From contig OZ242322.1 of NCBI GenBank assembly GCA_965208155.1, positions 9,774 through 73,773 on the forward strand: a stretch of 64,000 nt of DNA. Reading direction: 5' to 3'. Made by a program: the position numbers and the translations under genes. The notes beneath the pieces were generated by a model. The model was not told where the DNA came from, searched no databases, and worked only from the letters and a program-made list of their open reading frames with translations. Below, piece after piece: positions 18,830 through 28,351 of the stretch. Numbering within the stretch: the stretch's first letter is position 1; each line of letters begins with the position of its first letter. The DNA is from Thermodesulfobacteriota bacterium. Lineage in GTDB: Bacteria > Desulfobacterota_D > UBA1144 > Nemesobacterales > Nemesobacteraceae.

Positions 18830-20938
18830 TTAATCGGAAATCCTGTAATCTTCTATGTTCTGGTCAAGCACGGCCTTTCTGCTGAGCCTAACCCTGCCGT
18901 CACGCGCAACTTCGAGGCACTTTACGAGGACCTCGTCTTTTTCGTTCAGGATATCGGTTACTTTTTCGACCCTGCGGTTTTCAAGTTCGGAGATGTGCAG
19001 AAGCCCGTCTTTTCCAGGTCCGAGCTCAACTATCGCCCCGAAATCGAGAATGCGCTTAACCACGCCGACATACAACTTGCCGGCTACTACATCTTCTACG
19101 ATTCTCTGTATATATTTCTCGGCTTTCTTGCAGGCTTCATAGTCGGGGGAGAAAATCTTCACCAGACCGTCATCCTGTATGTCAATCTGCGCTCCAGTGT
19201 CCTCGACCAGCTTCTTTATAGTCTTGCCACCCGAACCTATCACAACCTTGACCTTCTCGGGCTTAAGCTGCATTGTAAGAATCCTCGGAGCGTAGTCGGA
19301 AAGTTCTTCTCTGGGTCCGCTGATTACCTCATCCATTTTTCCGAGAATATGCATCCTGCCATCTCTTGCCTGAGCAAGAGCGGTTGTGAGAATCTCTTCG
19401 GTTATGCCGGTTATCTTGATATCCATCTGCAGGGCGGTGATACCGCTTTCTGTCCCCGCCACTTTAAAATCCATGTCCCCGAGATGATCTTCATCACCTA
19501 GAATATCGGAGAGAATGACAAAATTATCTCCCTCCTTTATAAGTCCCATTGCTATGCCGGCCACAGGAGCGCTTACAGGTGCTCCCGCGTCCATAAGGGA
19601 CATTGAAGAACCGCACACAGTCGCCATTGAAGAGGAACCGTTTGACTCGAGGATTTCGGAAACGATCCTGATGGTATAGGGAAAGTCCTCTTTATCCGGC
19701 AAAACGGGTTTTATCGCCCTTGCGGCAAGCGCGCCGTGTCCTATCTCTCTTCTGCCTGGACCCAGCCGGAAGCTCGTCTCTCCGACGGAATAGGGAGGAA
19801 AGTTGTAATGCAGCATGAAGCTTCTTGTCTGGTCGCCTTCAAGCGCGTCTATTCTCTGCTCATCGTATGAACTTCCCAGGGTCGCGACAACTATGGCCTG
19901 GGTTTCCCCGCGGGTAAAGAGTGCTGAACCGTGGGTTCTCTCAAGAAGACCCACTTCGCCCCATATGGGCCTTACCGTCACGTAGTCTCTTCCGTCGGGC
20001 CTCGTGCCCTCAACTATCCTCTGTCTGACGGACTCTTTGAGCAACTCATCAAATGCCTTGTCAATCTTCGCTTTGTCTTCGGGATGGTCTTCGATCAGCT
20101 TGTTTACGGTGTCTTCATGAGCCTTTCTTATAAGTTCCTTTCTGCCGTCCTTTGAATCAGTCACTATCCCCTGCTCAAGCAAAGGCAGCGCCAATGAACG
20201 AACCTCGTCCTCAAGCGTTCCGTCAGTCTCGACTGCGGGAACCTGCCTTTTCTCCTCCCCTAACCCTTCAACAAAACTGTTTTGGAAAGAAATGATTTCC
20301 CTGATCCCGGAGTGGGCAAACGTAAGAGCTTCGACCACCTCCGCCTCGCTTACTTCCTTTGCGCCGCCTTCAACCATCACGATGGCTTCTTCTGTACCCG
20401 CGACGGTTATCTCCATAGTGCTGGTTTCAAGCTGCTTGGGAGTGGGATTTACAACAAGTTCACCGTCAACTTTTCCAACGGTGAGGGCCGCTATGGGTCC
20501 GGCAAATGGAATATCCGAGACCATAAGCGCCGCCGAAGACGCTATTACCGACAGAACATCCGTAGCGTTCTCTCCGTCAGCGGAAAGAACTGTCACTATA
20601 ATTTGGGTGGGGTAACAAAAGCCCTTGGGTATAAGAGGCCTTACGGGCCTGTCAATAAGCCTTGACGTAAGAATTTCTTTTTCGCTTGGGCGCCCTTCTC
20701 TCTTGAAATAACCTCCGGGGATTTTCCCGGCCGCAAAAGACTTTTCCTGATAATTAACCGTAAGCGGCAAAAAATCATCTTCTATTTTTTCTTCCGAGGC
20801 AACGACCGTGGCAAGCACGGTAGTTCCTCCGCAGGAAGCGAGTACCGCCCCGTTTGCCTGCTTTGCAAGCCTTCCTGTCTCAAGGCGCAGCTTGCTTCCA
20901 AACAGCTCCGCTTCCATCTCTCTTGTTTGTTCAGTCAA
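18830..20938 (-). CDS. pnp: Polyribonucleotide nucleotidyltransferase (PNPase)
   Basis: 702 aa with two RNase PH domains, KH (IGSGGKTIKKL) and S1 (GKLYVGVVKRILDFGAIVEL). Conserved rpsO-pnp synteny. Confidence 0.95.
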   Translation of the reverse strand: MTEQTREMEAELFGSKLRLETGRLAKQANGAVLASCGGTTVLATVVASEEKIEDDFLPLTVNYQEKSFAAGKIPGGYFKREGRPSEKEILTSRLIDRPVRPLIPKGFCYPTQIIVTVLSADGENATDVLSVIASSAALMVSDIPFAGPIAALTVGKVDGELVVNPTPKQLETSTMEITVAGTEEAIVMVEGGAKEVSEAEVVEALTFAHSGIREIISFQNSFVEGLGEEKRQVPAVETDGTLEDEVRSLALPLLEQGIVTDSKDGRKELIRKAHEDTVNKLIEDHPEDKAKIDKAFDELLKESVRQRIVEGTRPDGRDYVTVRPIWGEVGLLERTHGSALFTRGETQAIVVATLGSSYDEQRIDALEGDQTRSFMLHYNFPPYSVGETSFRLGPGRREIGHGALAARAIKPVLPDKEDFPYTIRIVSEILESNGSSSMATVCGSSMSLMDAGAPVSAPVAGIAMGLIKEGDNFVILSDILGDEDHLGDMDFKVAGTESGITALQMDIKITGITEEILTTALAQARDGRMHILGKMDEVISGPREELSDYAPRILTMQLKPEKVKVVIGSGGKTIKKLVEDTGAQIDIQDDGLVKIFSPDYEACKKAEKYIQRIVEDVVAGKLYVGVVKRILDFGAIVELGPGKDGLLHISELENRRVEKVTDILNEKDEVLVKCLEVARDGRVRLSRKAVLDQNIEDYRISD

Positions 20939-20965
20939 TTCATTTCCTCCAATAATATTACTTCC

Positions 20966-21235
20966 TTACTTCCTCAGCCCAAGGGTCTCAATCAGCTTTC
21001 CGTACTCCTGCGGTCTTACCCTCTTTACGTAATTGAGCAGCTTTCTTCTCTTGGCAACCATGGAAACCAGTCCTTTTCTTGAATGGTTATCCTTGGGCGC
21101 CCTTTTCACATGCTCTGACAGTTCCTGTATCTTTCCGTTCAGAATCCCTATCTGAACCTCGGCCGAACCAACATCGTTCTCATGTTTTTGAAATTCACTT
21201 ATGATTCGCGCCTTCTCTTCTTTCTGCAAAGACAT
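20966..21235 (-). CDS. rpsO: 30S ribosomal protein S15
   Basis: 89 aa with GSAEVQIGILNGKI...H.K..KDNHSRKGL. Confidence 0.95.
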   Translation of the reverse strand: MSLQKEEKARIISEFQKHENDVGSAEVQIGILNGKIQELSEHVKRAPKDNHSRKGLVSMVAKRRKLLNYVKRVRPQEYGKLIETLGLRK

Positions 21236-21264
21236 AAATTACTTCCTCCTAGACCCTTGCCTGA

Positions 21265-22176
21265 TCAGTTAAACACTCTTAAATGCCGGAACACTATATC
21301 CTTATCTCCCATATACTCAAATTCATCCGAGTCAGCTTTCGCCTCGCAGATGGAAAGAATCTTTTTCCGGCAAAATATGGTGATTATATCCCTATTTTTG
21401 AATTCGGGCAATTCCACACCTGAAAGATGCCCCCGGCAAACGGGTATTCCATTGCGCACACTCTCGCAGAGACTGCCTTCCAAATGAACCCCGGGATAGC
21501 CCCCGAGAACCTTCTCCAGGGGGAAAATACTGTAGTTTCCGGATTCCACATCCTCAAGACTGCTAGCCTCGCTCAGCGTGAAGGGACCACTTCTGAGTCT
21601 TCTCAGTTCGCAAAGATGAGCTCCGCAGCCAAGCTTCCTCCCGGCATCCGAGGCAATCACCCTTACATAGGTTCCTCGAGAGCACTTCACGTAAAAAGTC
21701 GCTTTAGGATAAGCAAAATGAAGAAGTCTTATTTCCTCTATGGTGACTCTTTTCGGTTTCCTTTCAACTTCCTTCCCGGCTCTTGCGAGGGCGTAGAGTT
21801 TCGTACCTGAAACCTTGGCGGCGGAATACATCGGTGGAACCTGCATTATCTCCCCCGCAAATCCTTCAATGACCTCTTCAACCTTGTCCCTGCCCAGATG
21901 CTCCGCGTCCACCCGGCCGGTGACCGTGCCGGTCTCGTCCATGGTATCGGTCGATACGCCCAAGATCATTTCGGCTTCGTATTCCTTTATATCATCTCCG
22001 AGGTAAGGAATGGCTTTTGTCGCCTGATTAAAACACACAGGCAGCACCCCTGTAGCAAACGGGTCCAAGGTGCCCGTATGACCCGCCTTTTTTGCTCCCA
22101 AGGCTTTTTTCACCCTGTTAAGCGCCTGAGCGGAGGTATAACCCCTGGGCTTATCGAGAATCATAACTCCGTCCAT
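21265..22176 (-). CDS. truB: tRNA pseudouridine(55) synthase
   Basis: Motifs GVMILDKPRGYTS, KAGHTGTLDPFATGVL and QVPPMYSA. Confidence 0.9.
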   Translation of the reverse strand: MDGVMILDKPRGYTSAQALNRVKKALGAKKAGHTGTLDPFATGVLPVCFNQATKAIPYLGDDIKEYEAEMILGVSTDTMDETGTVTGRVDAEHLGRDKVEEVIEGFAGEIMQVPPMYSAAKVSGTKLYALARAGKEVERKPKRVTIEEIRLLHFAYPKATFYVKCSRGTYVRVIASDAGRKLGCGAHLCELRRLRSGPFTLSEASSLEDVESGNYSIFPLEKVLGGYPGVHLEGSLCESVRNGIPVCRGHLSGVELPEFKNRDIITIFCRKKILSICEAKADSDEFEYMGDKDIVFRHLRVFN

Positions 22177-23138
22177 TACATTGCTTCCTGAATCGAACTG
22201 CGAAGTCTTCGCTTAACGGTAGCAAGCGGCGCGGAGACCACACAGCCGGCGGCCCTGCGGTGCCCTCCTCCACCGTAACGTCCGGCAATCTGCGCCACGT
22301 CCACGTACTCCTTTGACCTTAGGCTCACCTTCCATCCGATGGCGGATTCCTGCCTCAGAAAAACCGCGACCTCAACCCCTTCAATTGACCTCGCCATGCT
22401 TACAAGACCCTCGGTATGCTCCTTTTCGGTGCCTGTCTGCCGGAACATCTCGCTCGATACGTGGAGAAAAGCGATTTTCCCTGTTACCTCAAGGGTGTTC
22501 ATCGCCAAGGTTCTAAGCATAACCTTCCTGAGGGGTTCGTTATCATAAATAAACCTTGAGATCTTCTCGGGGTCAGCTCCGCAGTCAACCAGCTCGGCAG
22601 CAATGGTGAACGTCTCAGAACGGGTATTTGAATACCGGAACGAACCCGTATCCCCGACTATCGTGGAAAAAAGACACTCCGCAACATCAGGGCTTATGGA
22701 AATCCCGAGCCGTTTTATCATCCTGTAGAGAATAACTCCCGTGGAAGACGCGTTTTCATCCACAAGGCAGTACTCAGAGCCGGTGCTGTTGCTCGCATGG
22801 TGGTCGACAAACGCAAGCGTGAAACCATCTTTTAGAATTAATCCCTCAAATTCTTTTCCGGGTCGCGAGATATCGGCACAGTCAAGCAGCATAACCACAT
22901 CCACTTCGTTCGTAACGCAATCAAGAGAATCCGTAACACCGGAGCATTCAGGAAGAAATCGCAGGTGCTCGGGAACTCCGTCTCGGTTGTACATGATCAC
23001 ATCCTTTCCAAGCTCCCGGAGAACCAGCGCCATGGCTATGGTTGAACCCAGAGCGTCACAATCGGGATTTTCGTGGGAAACGACGAGGAAGCTTCGGTTC
23101 GCCTTTATGAGATCAAGAATCCTGTCAATCTTATCCAT
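22176..23138 (-). CDS. nrnA: DHH/DHHA1 phosphoesterase (NrnA-like oligoribonuclease/pAp phosphatase)
   Basis: Motifs SHENPDCDALGS, DHH (FVDHHAS) and GGGHRRAAG. Confidence 0.8.
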   Translation of the reverse strand: MDKIDRILDLIKANRSFLVVSHENPDCDALGSTIAMALVLRELGKDVIMYNRDGVPEHLRFLPECSGVTDSLDCVTNEVDVVMLLDCADISRPGKEFEGLILKDGFTLAFVDHHASNSTGSEYCLVDENASSTGVILYRMIKRLGISISPDVAECLFSTIVGDTGSFRYSNTRSETFTIAAELVDCGADPEKISRFIYDNEPLRKVMLRTLAMNTLEVTGKIAFLHVSSEMFRQTGTEKEHTEGLVSMARSIEGVEVAVFLRQESAIGWKVSLRSKEYVDVAQIAGRYGGGGHRRAAGCVVSAPLATVKRRLRSSIQEAM

Positions 23139-23484
23139 CGGACAAGTCCTTTATCAGTTCGTCCATTCTCGCCCGCTTCTCCACCAGACTGTCGTACTCA
23201 AATTCTATGTTCGGAATTCTTTTTATCCTCAATCTCCTTGAGAGGGCGCTCCTTATGTAGCCTGTAGCGTTCCTTAATCCCTCGAGCATCTCCTTGGTAT
23301 CGGAGTGTTCGTCAAAAGAGGTGAAAAACACCTTCGCGTAGCCCATGTCGTCTGTAACCCTCACGTCCGTTATGCTTACCGACGACACCCTCGGGTCCTT
23401 GATCTTGCCGCGTACCAGCATCTCGGATATCTCCTTTATGAGAAGATCAGAAATCCTCGCGGATCTTTTGTAACTGTGAGACAT
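23131..23484 (-). CDS. rbfA: Ribosome-binding factor A
   Basis: 117 aa with RSARISDLLIKEISEML...DPRV..VSITDVRVT.D. Conserved position after infB. Confidence 0.9.
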   Translation of the reverse strand: MSHSYKRSARISDLLIKEISEMLVRGKIKDPRVSSVSITDVRVTDDMGYAKVFFTSFDEHSDTKEMLEGLRNATGYIRSALSRRLRIKRIPNIEFEYDSLVEKRARMDELIKDLSDG

Positions 23485-23495
23485 ATATCGGTCAC

Positions 23496-23786
23496 TTAGA
23501 AATGGATGATCTCCATCTCTTTTTCACCCATGCGGAAATTCCCCGTGCTCTCTATATAGGAGGTCACCTTGTCCAGAACAGAATTTACCAGGGAAACGTC
23601 GTTGGATACATACCCAAGCCCTATGGTGGCTTTATTTTTCAGGTCCAGGGAATCAACTTCAGTCAGTGAGAGGCTCGGGAATTTCGACCTTGCCCTCTCC
23701 ACAAGGCTCCTTACCAGGCGTCTTTTATCCTTCAAAGACCTGTTGCCCGACATATAGAGTTCAAATCTGGCTATGCCCACTACCAT
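23496..23786 (-). CDS. DUF503-family protein
   Basis: 96 aa with SLKDKRRLVRSL. This small protein commonly lies between infB and rbfA. Confidence 0.7.
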   Translation of the reverse strand: MVVGIARFELYMSGNRSLKDKRRLVRSLVERARSKFPSLSLTEVDSLDLKNKATIGLGYVSNDVSLVNSVLDKVTSYIESTGNFRMGEKEMEIIHF

Positions 23787-23799
23787 CTAAATCCAGATA

Positions 23800-26346
23800 T
23801 CAAAGCTCCTGCTTTATCTCCTCAAGCTTGTAGAGTTCGAAGACATCTCCCTGCTTCACGTCGTTGAAATTCTCTATTGTTATACCGCACTCGTAGCCCG
23901 AAGGTACCTCCTTTACGTCCTCCTTAAAACGCCTGAGAGAACTTACCCTGCCGTCAAAGACAACCGTACCGTCCCGAACCACTCTGATGCTGTTGTCCCT
24001 GCTTACCTTGCCGTCAGAAACCATGCATCCCGCGATAGTCCCTACCCTTGAAACGTGGAAAAGCTCCCTTACGTCCATGTGGGCCACCACAACTTCCTTA
24101 CGAATGGGCTCAAGAAGTCCCTCCATCGCGCTTTTTACCCGGTTTACAACATCGTAAATTATTGAATGAAGTTCAAGAGAGACCCCTTCCTTCTCAGAAA
24201 TCCTAAGCGCGTTAGCATCCGGCCTGACGTTAAACCCTACCACCACGGCGTTTGAAGCACTCGCCAAGACCACATCCGTCTCGTTTATGCCTCCGGCTCC
24301 TGAGTGAACGATCTTCACCCTGCACTTCTCGGTAGAAAGTTTTTCGAGAGACTCCCTGAGAGCTTCGACCGATCCCTGGGTATCTGCCTTTATAATGAGC
24401 GAAAGTTCCTTGGATTCCTCGTTTTCAATGGAGCTGAAAAGATCCTCAAGCGAAAGTTTCGGAGTGGTGATCACCTTGCGGGACCTGATCTTGTCCAGAC
24501 GGTGAGACGTTATCTCCTTGGCCGTCTTTTCATCCTTTACCACGTGGAATTTCTCCCCGGCTTCGGCAACTCCCGAGAGACCCATGATCTTAACGGGCAT
24601 TGAAGGACCGATACTTTTTACCGTTTTGCCCTTGTCATCGGTAAGAGCCCTTATTTTTCCGCTGTGAACCCCTGACACGATGCAGTCTCCGACCCGAAGC
24701 GTCCCTTCCTTGACGATAACAGTGGAGACCGCTCCTTTGCCTTTGTCAAGCTCCGCTTCTACCACCACGCCGTTTGCTTTTTTATCCGGCGACGCCCTGA
24801 GCTCAAGTATATCGGCCTGGAGAAGGACAAGTTCAAGGAGTTGGCTTATACCCTTTTTCTTTTTTGCTGAAACCTCGGCAAAAAGAGTGTCTCCTCCCCA
24901 CTGTTCCGATATGAGGTCTATCTCGGAAAGTTCCCTCCTGATCTTTTCGATATCGGCACCTTCCTTGTCCACTTTGTTTATGGCCACTATTATGGGAACT
25001 TCAGCTGCTTTCGCATGGTTAACCGCTTCGACCGTCTGGGGCATCACTCCGTCATCCGCCGCCACGACCAGAATGACTATATCCGTTATACTCGCACCAC
25101 GAGCCCTCATTGAAGTAAACGCCTCGTGTCCAGGCGTGTCCACGAAGGCTATGGTTGAATCCTTTATCTTCACCGCGTAGGCCCCTATGTGCTGCGTTAT
25201 TCCACCGGCCTCTCCAGCAACAACATCGGTCTCCCTTATGGAGTCAAGAAGAGTGGTCTTGCCGTGATCAACATGTCCCATTACCGTAACGACCGGCGGG
25301 CGCGGCATTCTCTCCGCATCGTGCGACTCACTCTGATCAAAAAGCAGATCTTCTTCGACAAACCTCTCAATGGTTACGTTAAAACCGAATTCATCGGCGA
25401 CCAGCTCAGCGGTATCGCTGTCAATCGACTGGTTGATCGTGGCACCCGTACCCATGGTCATGAGTTTCTTAACAACTTCCGACGCTTTCACACTCATCAT
25501 TTTCGCAAGATCGGAAACCACTACAGTTTCGCCGACCTTGATGTTTCTTTTCGAAGTATGGGCGGGAGAAGTGGGAATAACCTGGGTGTCATGTCCATCG
25601 GTCCCGTAGCCCCCTCTGTTTCTCGCAGACCCGTCAAAATTCTGTCTCAGTTTGGGCTTTTTGTTCTGTACTACGTATTCCTTTCTGCTGGGAACCTTGG
25701 TTCGAAACGCTCTTTTGAGCTGCTCCAGGGTCTCTTCATCATGTATTTCTTCTTTAAGGGGTTTACTCTTTTTTAATTTTTTCTTCTGCTTTGGTTTTTC
25801 CTTGTCAGCATCTTCCTCAACGGCCCCTTCAGTCTTGGGGGGTGATTCCGGGCTCAGTTCAACACCATCTTCCTGCGGAACCTCGGGTTCAAGCGCTTCC
25901 TCGGGCATCACTTCCCCCTCGGCGCCTGGAGGTTCGGGCGCTTCGGTTTCCACAGGTTCGGGCGGAGCGGGAATCTCGGGTGTCGGCGTGATTTCCGCAG
26001 GTTCCCCGGCGGCCGGAACAGCTTCTGCTTCAACAGGCACCGCCTCGGGCTCCGGCTTTACGATCTTCTTTCTTCTTCTGATGACCCTGGACCCCTTTCT
26101 TCTTTCAACAAGGTCATGGCCGGCTTCGGATTTGAAAACCTTTACGGTTTCCTTCGGCTCTTCCGCCGTCGAAGAATCGTCTTCCGGGACTTTAACAAAG
26201 GCCTTTCTTATCCGCTCGGCATCCGCTGCCGAGACTATGTTTTGATGACTCGTAACTTTTATTCCAAGCTTTACGCTCTGGTCTATTACCTCTTTACTGC
26301 TTATTCCCAGTTCCTTGGCTATCTGATGTATTCTGATTTTAGGCAT
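23800..26346 (-). CDS. infB: Translation initiation factor IF-2
   Basis: GTPase motifs GHVDHGKTTLLD, DTPGHEAF and NKVDK. There is an N-terminal low-complexity E/P/K region. Confidence 0.95.
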   Translation of the reverse strand: MPKIRIHQIAKELGISSKEVIDQSVKLGIKVTSHQNIVSAADAERIRKAFVKVPEDDSSTAEEPKETVKVFKSEAGHDLVERRKGSRVIRRRKKIVKPEPEAVPVEAEAVPAAGEPAEITPTPEIPAPPEPVETEAPEPPGAEGEVMPEEALEPEVPQEDGVELSPESPPKTEGAVEEDADKEKPKQKKKLKKSKPLKEEIHDEETLEQLKRAFRTKVPSRKEYVVQNKKPKLRQNFDGSARNRGGYGTDGHDTQVIPTSPAHTSKRNIKVGETVVVSDLAKMMSVKASEVVKKLMTMGTGATINQSIDSDTAELVADEFGFNVTIERFVEEDLLFDQSESHDAERMPRPPVVTVMGHVDHGKTTLLDSIRETDVVAGEAGGITQHIGAYAVKIKDSTIAFVDTPGHEAFTSMRARGASITDIVILVVAADDGVMPQTVEAVNHAKAAEVPIIVAINKVDKEGADIEKIRRELSEIDLISEQWGGDTLFAEVSAKKKKGISQLLELVLLQADILELRASPDKKANGVVVEAELDKGKGAVSTVIVKEGTLRVGDCIVSGVHSGKIRALTDDKGKTVKSIGPSMPVKIMGLSGVAEAGEKFHVVKDEKTAKEITSHRLDKIRSRKVITTPKLSLEDLFSSIENEESKELSLIIKADTQGSVEALRESLEKLSTEKCRVKIVHSGAGGINETDVVLASASNAVVVGFNVRPDANALRISEKEGVSLELHSIIYDVVNRVKSAMEGLLEPIRKEVVVAHMDVRELFHVSRVGTIAGCMVSDGKVSRDNSIRVVRDGTVVFDGRVSSLRRFKEDVKEVPSGYECGITIENFNDVKQGDVFELYKLEEIKQEL

Positions 26347-26392
26347 ATTTCCAAAAAGCCCGCTCTAAAAACGGGAGGGGGCGGTGGTTTCT

Positions 26393-27748
26393 CTACTCGT
26401 CTTTTGGCGAATCCTGTACCTCTGTACCATCCGACGATGATACCTGAACCTCTTCTGTATCCGAGGCCTCTTCGGTCTCGCTCTCAACAGGCATTTCCTC
26501 AAGTTTTTCCATAAGCGCCACGCGGGCTGCTTTCTGGAGCGTGGAAACCTCGTCTTCATTGAGACTTCCAACCTTCATAAGCACATCCGGTTCGCAAAAA
26601 GCTATGTGTTCAAGAGAGTAAAACCCGTCATTATAAAGCAGGCTTGCCGTAACCTCGCTTACAGACGGCAAGCTTGTAAGAAGAGACAGCACTTCCTGCT
26701 GTTCCTGCTTGATTCTGGACTCAGTTTTTATGTCTATCTTCCACTCGGTAAGCTGCGATGCCAGCCTTACGTTCTGTCCCTTTCTTCCGATGGCAAGAGA
26801 AAGCTGGTCATCATCGACTATAACCTCCATAGAGCGGCTGTTCTCGTCAATTACGACCTTGTTGACGACAGCCGGGGAGAGGGCGTTGCAAACGTAGCGG
26901 GCGGGGTCTTCTGACCAGGGAACTATATCCACTTTTTCGCCCCTCAGTTCCTGGATGATGCTCTGTACTCTTGAGCCCCTCATCCCCACGCAGGCACCAA
27001 CCGCGTCCACATCCGAATCGTTTGACGCCACGGCTATTTTCGTCCTTCCACCTGGATCCCTGGAAATAGCTTTTATCTCAACTATCTTCTCTGAAATTTC
27101 CGGAACTTCCGATTCAAAGAGCCTCATTACGAAACTCACGTGAGCCCTTGACAGAATAAGCCTCGGTTCCCCCCGGGGCGACTCCCTTATGTCAAGAAGC
27201 ACGGCACGTATCCTTTCTTTCATCTTGTAGTACTCTCTTGGCACCTGCTGTTCGGGAGGCAATACGGCTTCAACCCTCCCGAGGTCCACTATGATGTGTC
27301 TTCTGTCAACCCTTCTTACTATGCCGCCTATTATGGTTCCTTTCCTGCCTATAAACTCCTCGTATATAACCTTGCCTTCGGCCTCTTTGAGTTTCTGAAG
27401 AACTTTCTGCTTGGCGTTGTGAATGGCGATTCTCGTGTATTCGGGGCTTATCTTGACGCCTATCATGTCGCCAAGTTCAGTTTCGGGATCAAGTTCGGTT
27501 GCTTCTGCGAGGGAAATCTCAATTTCAGAGTCGCTTACGGCTTCCACGACCTCCTTGTACTCGAAAAGCTCCACCTCTCCCTCTTCGGGGTTATAGTAAA
27601 CGTCGAGTTCCTTATCCTGATTCTTTGACTTGAGAAGCTTCTCGGCAGCGGACAGAACCGCTTCCTCAACCGCGCTTATTATGCGTTCCCTGTCAATGCC
27701 CTTGTCCTTCCCTACGGAATCTATAACTCTGGTCAGTTCCGTAATCAT
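26393..27748 (-). CDS. nusA: Transcription termination/antitermination factor NusA
   Basis: S1 and KH domains (AIGRKGQNVRLASQLT) and an acidic C-terminal tail. Conserved rimP-nusA-infB order. Confidence 0.95.
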   Translation of the reverse strand: MITELTRVIDSVGKDKGIDRERIISAVEEAVLSAAEKLLKSKNQDKELDVYYNPEEGEVELFEYKEVVEAVSDSEIEISLAEATELDPETELGDMIGVKISPEYTRIAIHNAKQKVLQKLKEAEGKVIYEEFIGRKGTIIGGIVRRVDRRHIIVDLGRVEAVLPPEQQVPREYYKMKERIRAVLLDIRESPRGEPRLILSRAHVSFVMRLFESEVPEISEKIVEIKAISRDPGGRTKIAVASNDSDVDAVGACVGMRGSRVQSIIQELRGEKVDIVPWSEDPARYVCNALSPAVVNKVVIDENSRSMEVIVDDDQLSLAIGRKGQNVRLASQLTEWKIDIKTESRIKQEQQEVLSLLTSLPSVSEVTASLLYNDGFYSLEHIAFCEPDVLMKVGSLNEDEVSTLQKAARVALMEKLEEMPVESETEEASDTEEVQVSSSDGTEVQDSPKDE

Positions 27749-28233
27749 TTTCTCGCTCCTTTCCCAAAATCAATTTCCAAGTTCGCCCTGCTGACGGAGC
27801 CGAAAGGCACGCTGTAGGAACGGCCATCAACTTCCACCAGAACCATTTCCCCTTCCATTCCGAGAAGCGTTCCGGAAAAAACCTTTCTGTCCTCGACCGG
27901 ATCCGTGGTCTTTATCTTCACTTTTCTTCCCTTGAACCTCTCATAGTCGCTTTGCCTGTTAAGGGGCCTCCTGAGACCTGGAGAAGACACCTCAAGCGTG
28001 TAGGAACGCTGCGGCATTATGTCGTAGGCATCCAGAGCCACGCCGAGTTCCCTGCTAACGTTCGCGCAGTCATCAACGGTGACCCCGCCTTCCTTGTCAA
28101 GGTATATCCTCAAAACCCTGCCACCTCTTTCCCTCAGATACTTTATGTCCACAAGCTCACAGGAATTCTCCTCGACAATAGGGTGAAGAATCTCTAAAAC
28201 AGCCTTCTCAAGCTTGTCTTCAGCTTTTTCCAC
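27745..28233 (-). CDS. rimP: Ribosome maturation factor RimP
   Basis: 162 aa with LRIYLDKEGGVTVDDC...LEVSSPGL.RPL. Overlaps nusA by 4 nt. Confidence 0.9.
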   Translation of the reverse strand: MEKAEDKLEKAVLEILHPIVEENSCELVDIKYLRERGGRVLRIYLDKEGGVTVDDCANVSRELGVALDAYDIMPQRSYTLEVSSPGLRRPLNRQSDYERFKGRKVKIKTTDPVEDRKVFSGTLLGMEGEMVLVEVDGRSYSVPFGSVSRANLEIDFGKGARK

Positions 28234-28264
28234 AAAAATTCTCCGTGTCTTTTATGCCCATCAA

Positions 28265-28292
28265 CAAAAAAGAGCGGGTAAAGACCCACTCT
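28265..28292 (-). terminator. Rho-independent terminator downstream of uvrB
   Basis: The minus-strand RNA is AGAGUGGG-UCUUUA-CCCGCUCU followed by UUUUUG: an 8-bp stem including one G-U pair, then a U run. Confidence 0.6.
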
Positions 28293-28351
28293 TTCCAAAG
28301 CGGTTTAAATTCTACATAAAACAAAAAAATCAGCAAGGAAATACCCGATTC

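Noticed and set aside
18827-20665. Plus-strand ORFs inside pnp (18827..19501, 20282..20665 and others) and Ser/Gly-rich ORFs antisense to infB (for example 25652..26245)
   Set aside because: They are shadows of highly conserved minus-strand genes.
26365-26571. 68-aa ORF in the nusA-infB junction, considered as a YlxR/DUF448-like gene that often sits there
   Set aside because: It lies almost entirely inside the nusA 3' coding region in another frame and is R/K-rich low complexity. The real nusA-infB gap is only 46 bp, so this locus has no ylxR.
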